A stretch of 64,000 nt of DNA from a virus. A model generated the notes under the pieces. It did not search any database. It was not told the DNA's origin and saw only the letters and a program-made list of their open reading frames with translations. The stretch lies in IMG/VR virus record IMGVR_UViG_3300045988_066341; one strand, 5' to 3'. Position numbers and translations under genes: made by a program. Shown here piece by piece: positions 59,115 to 64,000 of this stretch. Each line of letters starts with the position of its first letter. The stretch's first letter is position 1.

Positions 59115-59963
59115 TTATCGTTTAGCGAAAATATCTTTATCTGATCTATTCAGAACCCTGCCTTTCAATTCCAAGAACCTAGGCATCCATTCTTTAGATA
59201 TCTTAGACACGATCCACTGAAATCCCTTAGGAGTCACATAGACAGTATTAGTGCCGTAGAACTCGTCATCATTACGATATCTGTAACGAGCATAACCGCT
59301 GTCTATCATCCTTTGGGAAAGCAACCACCTCTTACCGGTCTTAGCGAAGAACTTCTTATCCTCAAGCAATATTCGAAGATTCTTCTCCGCTATATCATAT
59401 CCATGAGCCTCTAGCTTTTCCCGAACCTCTCTGATCAACATATCTGTCTCTTGGGCTATTTCGGCTGTCTTAGCAAACTCAACCATAGGAGCCTGTTCTT
59501 TGATGATGTTATCAGATATCCTTTTAGCCTCTAATGCAAGCTTAGCTTCTTTTTCAGCCCTTTCTCTAGCTTCCACCTCATCAGCATACATCCGTAAAGC
59601 CTCCGAATAGCTAGATGGTATTTTATTTATCACTTTATGAAAAACATCCCTGTAAACATTAAATACAGATCTAACCTTTCTAGCTATAAAATACTCCATA
59701 CAAGATATAGAAATCATATAAACATTTACAGGTCTTCCTACTGTCGTATTTTCGCCATTTGTGGCTAAAATCTCATAATCAATACCTTGCATAAACTGAT
59801 CACTACTTACTAAAGCTCTAACAGCTTTCTCCTTAGCCGAATAAACCAATGGCCATACATCATCTAAATTAACAGGGAATTTATCACCAAGTTTACTTAG
59901 ATTTAAAACCTTTTCAAAATACGATCTGATAGATAAGTCATCACTCAAAACAATATTACACAT
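59115..59963 (-). CDS. phage antirepressor (AntA/AntB-like N-domain + KilAC domain)
   Basis: The N-domain reads FPVNLDDVWPLV...FMQGIDYE...YFIARKV. The C-domain reads APMVEFAKTAE...IREVREKLEAHGY...VYVTPKGFQWI. The start is set at ATG 59963. Confidence 0.75.
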   Translation of the reverse strand: MCNIVLSDDLSIRSYFEKVLNLSKLGDKFPVNLDDVWPLVYSAKEKAVRALVSSDQFMQGIDYEILATNGENTTVGRPVNVYMISISCMEYFIARKVRSVFNVYRDVFHKVINKIPSSYSEALRMYADEVEARERAEKEAKLALEAKRISDNIIKEQAPMVEFAKTAEIAQETDMLIREVREKLEAHGYDIAEKNLRILLEDKKFFAKTGKRWLLSQRMIDSGYARYRYRNDDEFYGTNTVYVTPKGFQWIVSKISKEWMPRFLELKGRVLNRSDKDIFAKR

Positions 59964-60076
59964 AATACAAAACAACAAGGGCCGTTGGCGTCCGTTATTC
60001 CACCAATAGCCCTCATCTATCGCCTACGCCTAGGCGAGTTAATATCTTCTTATGGCCCAATAACGGATGGACACCG
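59964..60076 (-). promoter_or_regulatory. structured ~105-nt 5' leader of the antirepressor gene
   Basis: 9-bp long-range complementarity between 59991-59999 and 60059-60067. GGGCC/GGCCC at 59979-59983 / 60054-60058 is in a crossing arrangement. The palindrome CGCCTAGGCG lies at 60027-60036, and a U-rich tract precedes the AUG. Confidence 0.45.
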
Positions 60077-60107
60077 CAAATATAAGACCTTATTTTGAAA
60101 CTACAAA
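60077..60107 (-). promoter_or_regulatory. promoter: -33 TTTG (60104-60107), 19-nt spacer, -7 TATATTTG (60077-60084)
   Basis: Consensus sequence and spacing. It is followed by CGGTGTCCATC, as in the other two cassette promoters. Confidence 0.65.
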
Positions 60108-60138
60108 CAAACAGGAGATATTTTTACAAAAAATGTAA

Positions 60139-60738
60139 TCAGCCATATTCCTCTGTCATATATAAAGCGTAGCTATACCTATCCTCTATCATCTCCACCA
60201 CCTTCTTGATATCAGATAAAGTTAGTTTCTTTATCTCCATATTCCTACTATCCATCCTGACAAAAGAGTTCTTGAACTCCTGCTCGGTTATAGCATCCAA
60301 CCTAAATAGATTGTATTTTATAAGCAACTGGCTTACGTCAAATATCAGGATATTAAGATCAATATCATCCTTCAACTCATCAAGAAGATCACGCATCATG
60401 GCTTCGATAGCATCAGTATCAAGCTCCAGTTTCTCGGCTTCCTTCATCAACTTCTTGATAATACCATTGTGCTCGATTATGATGTTAGCATTATCATCAT
60501 CGGTAGGTAAAAGGATATCCATCGTACATTTTATACCAACCTTATCACTAAGTCTTTTATTGAACTCAGTCATATAATCAAAAGCCTGATCCCTACTTAA
60601 TGAGTATGTATGATCAAGCAACTGCTTTTGTCTGACCTTGACAAAATAGTTACTGGTGTATAACATCATCAAGACCTTCACTCGCTGGATGCGTAGGTCT
60701 TGCATGATCTTCCGATGTAAAAAAGAATCTAGTTGCAT
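60139..60738 (-). CDS. hypothetical protein (199 aa)
   Basis: The track ORF 60139..60786 (TTG start) begins inside the GC-rich leader hairpin. The in-frame ATG at 60738 follows the U-rich tract. Confidence 0.6.
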   Translation of the reverse strand: MQLDSFLHRKIMQDLRIQRVKVLMMLYTSNYFVKVRQKQLLDHTYSLSRDQAFDYMTEFNKRLSDKVGIKCTMDILLPTDDDNANIIIEHNGIIKKLMKEAEKLELDTDAIEAMMRDLLDELKDDIDLNILIFDVSQLLIKYNLFRLDAITEQEFKNSFVRMDSRNMEIKKLTLSDIKKVVEMIEDRYSYALYMTEEYG

Positions 60739-60826
60739 AATATAAAGAGTCCCCACCGGGGCCATCACACACCCGACAGGGACCAACTTTTAAATATCTT
60801 ACTCGTCAGGTGATGGACTGACGCCG
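60739..60826 (-). promoter_or_regulatory. structured 5' leader (hairpin 1 with loop UCCAUCAC; terminator-like hairpin 2 with loop containing GUGAUGG)
   Basis: Hairpin 1 lies at 60804-60823 and hairpin 2 at 60749-60783. UCUUUAUAUU then runs into AUG 60738. Confidence 0.6.
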
Positions 60827-60834
60827 CAAAGATA
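60827..60834 (-). promoter_or_regulatory. -7 box TATCTTTG for the 199-aa gene cassette
   Basis: Reverse complement of caaagata. A CTTG element lies 20 nt upstream. Confidence 0.55.
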
Positions 60835-60850
60835 AGTCAAGATATTTTAT

Positions 60851-63800
60851 TTAGCAAGGATTTTCCGCCTCATTTTCTCCGGATACTACGTTACCGTCGG
60901 AAACCAAAGACTTGTCCTCGGCCGCCTTCGTAGGCGAGGCGAACTCCGATGGCAGATCCGGCAGGTTAGGGAACGAGACTTCCGTCTCCTCCTTGGATAC
61001 CTTGTTCTCCTTGATACTCATCCTAAACTTAGGAGCTATGAAAGGATCGTTGTTAAGATCGATGTTGATCGTAACGTCATTCATCAAAATATCCTCCTTA
61101 GTTCTGGAATCACCTATCCATCCTCTTACGTCAGCGGTCATAGGCATCCTGCTAGCCGCTTCCTTGACAGCTTTAAGCCGGTTCTTGATAACATCCACGT
61201 CTCCCGCCAGCGGAATCATATATGTCTTATTATCCAACCCTGATCTGGCTATAGCGTTATTAAGATCCATTATATCATCAATACTTACGCCTCCGCCTAG
61301 ACCCTCCGTAATCCTATCAGCCATCGATCCGATCATGGATGAGAATGACGATATATCCTGATTTTTCAATCTTACGGGGTACAGGTAATTTCTTCCATTT
61401 CCTGTCTTTATAGCTACGACCGGGATACGTGAATCTTTATAGTCACCATACTTGTCCCTGACGATAGCCGTACAGAACGGGAATATATTATACTTAATAT
61501 CATCCCTCATCGTAACCTCCCCATTCTCTATATATCCTACGCTCTCGACTTTACCAACCGTCTCGTTGGTAAAATCATTCTCGGATACCATCAACGTACC
61601 ATTATCATCACTTACGCTAAAATTAGGTCTTCCCGGCAAAACACTGGTAACTGTACCTACGAACGGTATATCAATCTCGCCAGTAACAGATCCTATATTA
61701 TCCCTATATAACTCAAAGGCCCTACTCCTTAAATCAGCGTTACTTCCTTTTGAATCCGGGTCATTGGCTTTCAGTACCGAGACGAAATTGCCGTCGCTAT
61801 CCACGATCTTAATAACCATATTATCAACCAGCTCTCGGTAAGCCGACTTAGTCTCATCAGAATTAGGGTCAACGGCGTTAAGACTATTGTATTTATCATA
61901 CAGTCCCTTGGTGTATGGATCTGACATATCCATCTTAAACCTTACCATATCACCCTTGCGGAGGCTAGCCGCTGCTTCCTGATTCACCGACTCGTTGTTA
62001 GATCCAAACGTATCACCCGTATAATAAGGGACAATAGATCCATCCTGCCCCTTGCGATACACCATGAACCAGATGGAGGTCGACAAGGCGGTTTGCCGCC
62101 CCAATATGACACCGGTAGCGTTCTCGAAAGCCTGAGCGTCATCCTCGCTAATCATCCATCTTGAGTGGTTATCTGACTCTATAACAGTAAATATGTCGGT
62201 TCCGTTGGTGAAATCCATCACCCTTCCATTATCAGTATCAGTGGCATCAGATCTTTTAAGCCCAAGACTGTCCATAAACCTGTCAAGTCTCATTCCGCCA
62301 ACCTCATAATACATGACCCCACCGATCTCTCTCTTCTGGGCCATCAACACCACCGGGTTCTGGGCGGCGTTAACTTCCGTCCTGCCGGTGGATGTCCCGG
62401 GTTCGCTCTCTGTGAGGACATCACCCATAGGTATGGATTTATCGTAATCCTTGACAGCTATACTTCCATTATCATACAACCTCATCCATTCCACGAATTG
62501 AAGAAGAGGATCATCAGAATAGTTATTGATAATATCAATAGCCTCATTAAGCTTATCCTGATCAACCTCATTGCCATTGTCAGCCTCATTCATAAGATCG
62601 TTATAGGTCTTTATAGCCTCCTTAACCTGATCCTGATCAAGACCATTAATATTCATATCTATGATATCATCAATATTATCCTTAATATTATCTGATACAT
62701 TATCATTGATCTTTAATCTATCTATCATTGACTTAGCCCTATTTATCCTAGCTATAGGATTATCGCCAAATCCTTTTACAAGATTATTAATACGATCCTT
62801 ATTGTTATCATATATCTGCTTTTCCCTAGGAGATAAAATATCCTCATTACCGTTCCAGATCTTTATGGCTATATCATTGGCTCTATCATCTGAAGGATTT
62901 ATAATATCCTCATCATCAGGAACCCTCTCAACTATATTACTTTCATCAGCCTTAATCTCATTCTCCATAGATCTGGCTATCATATGATTATATGTCTTGA
63001 ACATAAATGCCTCATCCTCTCCTATAAGACCATCTTGGTAAGCCTTGTCTATGGCTTGATCATTAGCGTAAAGGGCGTTTGCTTCAGGATTATCAGTATT
63101 CCTGAAATCATACTTGCTATCATCCTCCTCATAAGTCTTACCCCATGCGTTCGACAATATCTTCATGAACCCGCGCTCCTGCGCCCGGATGAATCTTCTG
63201 TCACGCATACGACGAAGAGACTCGTTTATATTCTTATAAGCCACAAGATTATGACGATACTCGCTAAGCAACGCCATGGCCTCTTTATGATTATCGACCC
63301 CACGGGTAGACACGGCATTCTCAAAATCAACTATAGTCTCATAAGCCGCCATAAGATCTGAGACGCTAATCTTAGAATCATTATCATTTAAAGATAACTT
63401 AGATATATCCACATCTGAATTAATCAACGTGCTTAACTTTCTCTCCAAGGCAATTCTTTCTTCCGTCAATTTAAGAAGCCTATCATTCTCCTCAGCCAAC
63501 TTAGTCTTATCAGACTCAATTGCTTCCTTCGATGCAACCTTTTGTTGAGTATTTAAAATATTCCTCTCCATCTTCCGTATATCATTCGTCAGCTTCCGGA
63601 GTTTTTCGAGAGCCTTGCTTGAATCAGGATTAAGATGAGAGTATATATCAAGGGCATCACCTATACCCGTCTTATATATCCTGTTTAACTGATTGGTGAT
63701 ATCATTCAAATTATCCTTAGCCTCAATACCGTTATATACCATATTGGAGATATAGGCGTTAAAAGACCTGTTCGGGATACCCTCAGTAAGTGAGTCGGCG

Positions 63801-64000
63801 AATCTGTTGGCCATGGTAAAATTATCCACCTTCTTATTAAACTCGTTGACAAGATCGGCTTTATACTCATTAACCTGCTCATCCGTCATATTCATATCGG
63901 ACGCTATATCGCTATTAGGTATAGATTCGACTACCGTCCTGAAATTCTCCTTGGTATCATCCAACATCCCCATCTCCGAATCATAACGGAGACGATTGAA
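60851..64000 (-). CDS. large late protein, more than 1,049 aa (5' end outside window)
   Basis: The frame stays open from the track ATG 63973 to the window edge (FNRLRYDSE upstream). Coiled-coil and Asp/Asn-rich N-terminal part; no motif recognised. Confidence 0.85.
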   Translation of the reverse strand, partial: FNRLRYDSEMGMLDDTKENFRTVVESIPNSDIASDMNMTDEQVNEYKADLVNEFNKKVDNFTMANRFADSLTEGIPNRSFNAYISNMVYNGIEAKDNLNDITNQLNRIYKTGIGDALDIYSHLNPDSSKALEKLRKLTNDIRKMERNILNTQQKVASKEAIESDKTKLAEENDRLLKLTEERIALERKLSTLINSDVDISKLSLNDNDSKISVSDLMAAYETIVDFENAVSTRGVDNHKEAMALLSEYRHNLVAYKNINESLRRMRDRRFIRAQERGFMKILSNAWGKTYEEDDSKYDFRNTDNPEANALYANDQAIDKAYQDGLIGEDEAFMFKTYNHMIARSMENEIKADESNIVERVPDDEDIINPSDDRANDIAIKIWNGNEDILSPREKQIYDNNKDRINNLVKGFGDNPIARINRAKSMIDRLKINDNVSDNIKDNIDDIIDMNINGLDQDQVKEAIKTYNDLMNEADNGNEVDQDKLNEAIDIINNYSDDPLLQFVEWMRLYDNGSIAVKDYDKSIPMGDVLTESEPGTSTGRTEVNAAQNPVVLMAQKREIGGVMYYEVGGMRLDRFMDSLGLKRSDATDTDNGRVMDFTNGTDIFTVIESDNHSRWMISEDDAQAFENATGVILGRQTALSTSIWFMVYRKGQDGSIVPYYTGDTFGSNNESVNQEAAASLRKGDMVRFKMDMSDPYTKGLYDKYNSLNAVDPNSDETKSAYRELVDNMVIKIVDSDGNFVSVLKANDPDSKGSNADLRSRAFELYRDNIGSVTGEIDIPFVGTVTSVLPGRPNFSVSDDNGTLMVSENDFTNETVGKVESVGYIENGEVTMRDDIKYNIFPFCTAIVRDKYGDYKDSRIPVVAIKTGNGRNYLYPVRLKNQDISSFSSMIGSMADRITEGLGGGVSIDDIMDLNNAIARSGLDNKTYMIPLAGDVDVIKNRLKAVKEAASRMPMTADVRGWIGDSRTKEDILMNDVTINIDLNNDPFIAPKFRMSIKENKVSKEETEVSFPNLPDLPSEFASPTKAAEDKSLVSDGNVVSGENEAENPC

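Noticed and set aside
60206-63361. Plus-strand ORFs antisense to the 199-aa and >1,049-aa genes (60206..60577, 60912..61361, 61452..61841 and 62498..63361).
   Set aside because: Their Ser/Leu/Ile-rich low-complexity translations are typical of the antisense of Asp/Glu/Asn-rich genes.
1-64000. Prophage boundaries, an integrase or att sites, and a temperate lifestyle inferred from the antirepressor gene.
   Set aside because: No integrase, repressor or flanking bacterial genes are visible in the window. An AntA/KilAC gene alone does not establish lysogeny.

Overview
This window is a 64-kb segment of a tailed dsDNA phage or prophage genome. The host is most likely a Bacteroidota species. Support for that host call: many TAnnTTTG -7 promoter boxes, some with a TTTG -33 element 19-20 nt upstream; a DUF4494-like protein; BACON/Ig-like modules; and AT-rich coding. 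Two convergent gene blocks meet at 39.7-39.95 kb. The plus strand (1-39,688) carries about 90 tightly packed, often ATGA-coupled small early/middle genes. These include a replication/recombination set: Toprim primase, DnaB-like helicase, SF2 helicase, DEDDh exonuclease, two PD-(D/E)XK nucleases and a DHH/DHHA1 phosphoesterase. The block also holds three DNA methyltransferases, two HAD-type phosphatases (one split by a frame change), two tandem acyl-carrier-protein-like genes, and many zinc-ribbon and paralogous small proteins. The minus strand (39,951-64,000) is a late/virion block. It contains a repeat-rich tail fibre, Ig/BACON-like proteins and three very large proteins: 2,414 aa with an embedded SAM-methyltransferase fold, 745 aa sharing the same N-terminal module, and more than 1,040 aa running off the window. 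It also contains three self-contained accessory cassettes: a DUF2829/Tad2-like gene with an HExxH protein, a 199-aa unknown, and an AntA/KilAC antirepressor. All three share one promoter class; two also share the same hairpin-pair leader RNA and the third has a different structured leader. I could not recognise any rRNA, tRNA, CRISPR array, integrase, terminase, portal, major capsid or DNA polymerase gene. ORF-track coordinates include the stop codon and allow GTG/TTG starts, so I moved several starts to downstream ATGs and added a few ORFs shorter than 60 aa by eye. All family assignments rest on motif recognition by eye and were not confirmed by searches.
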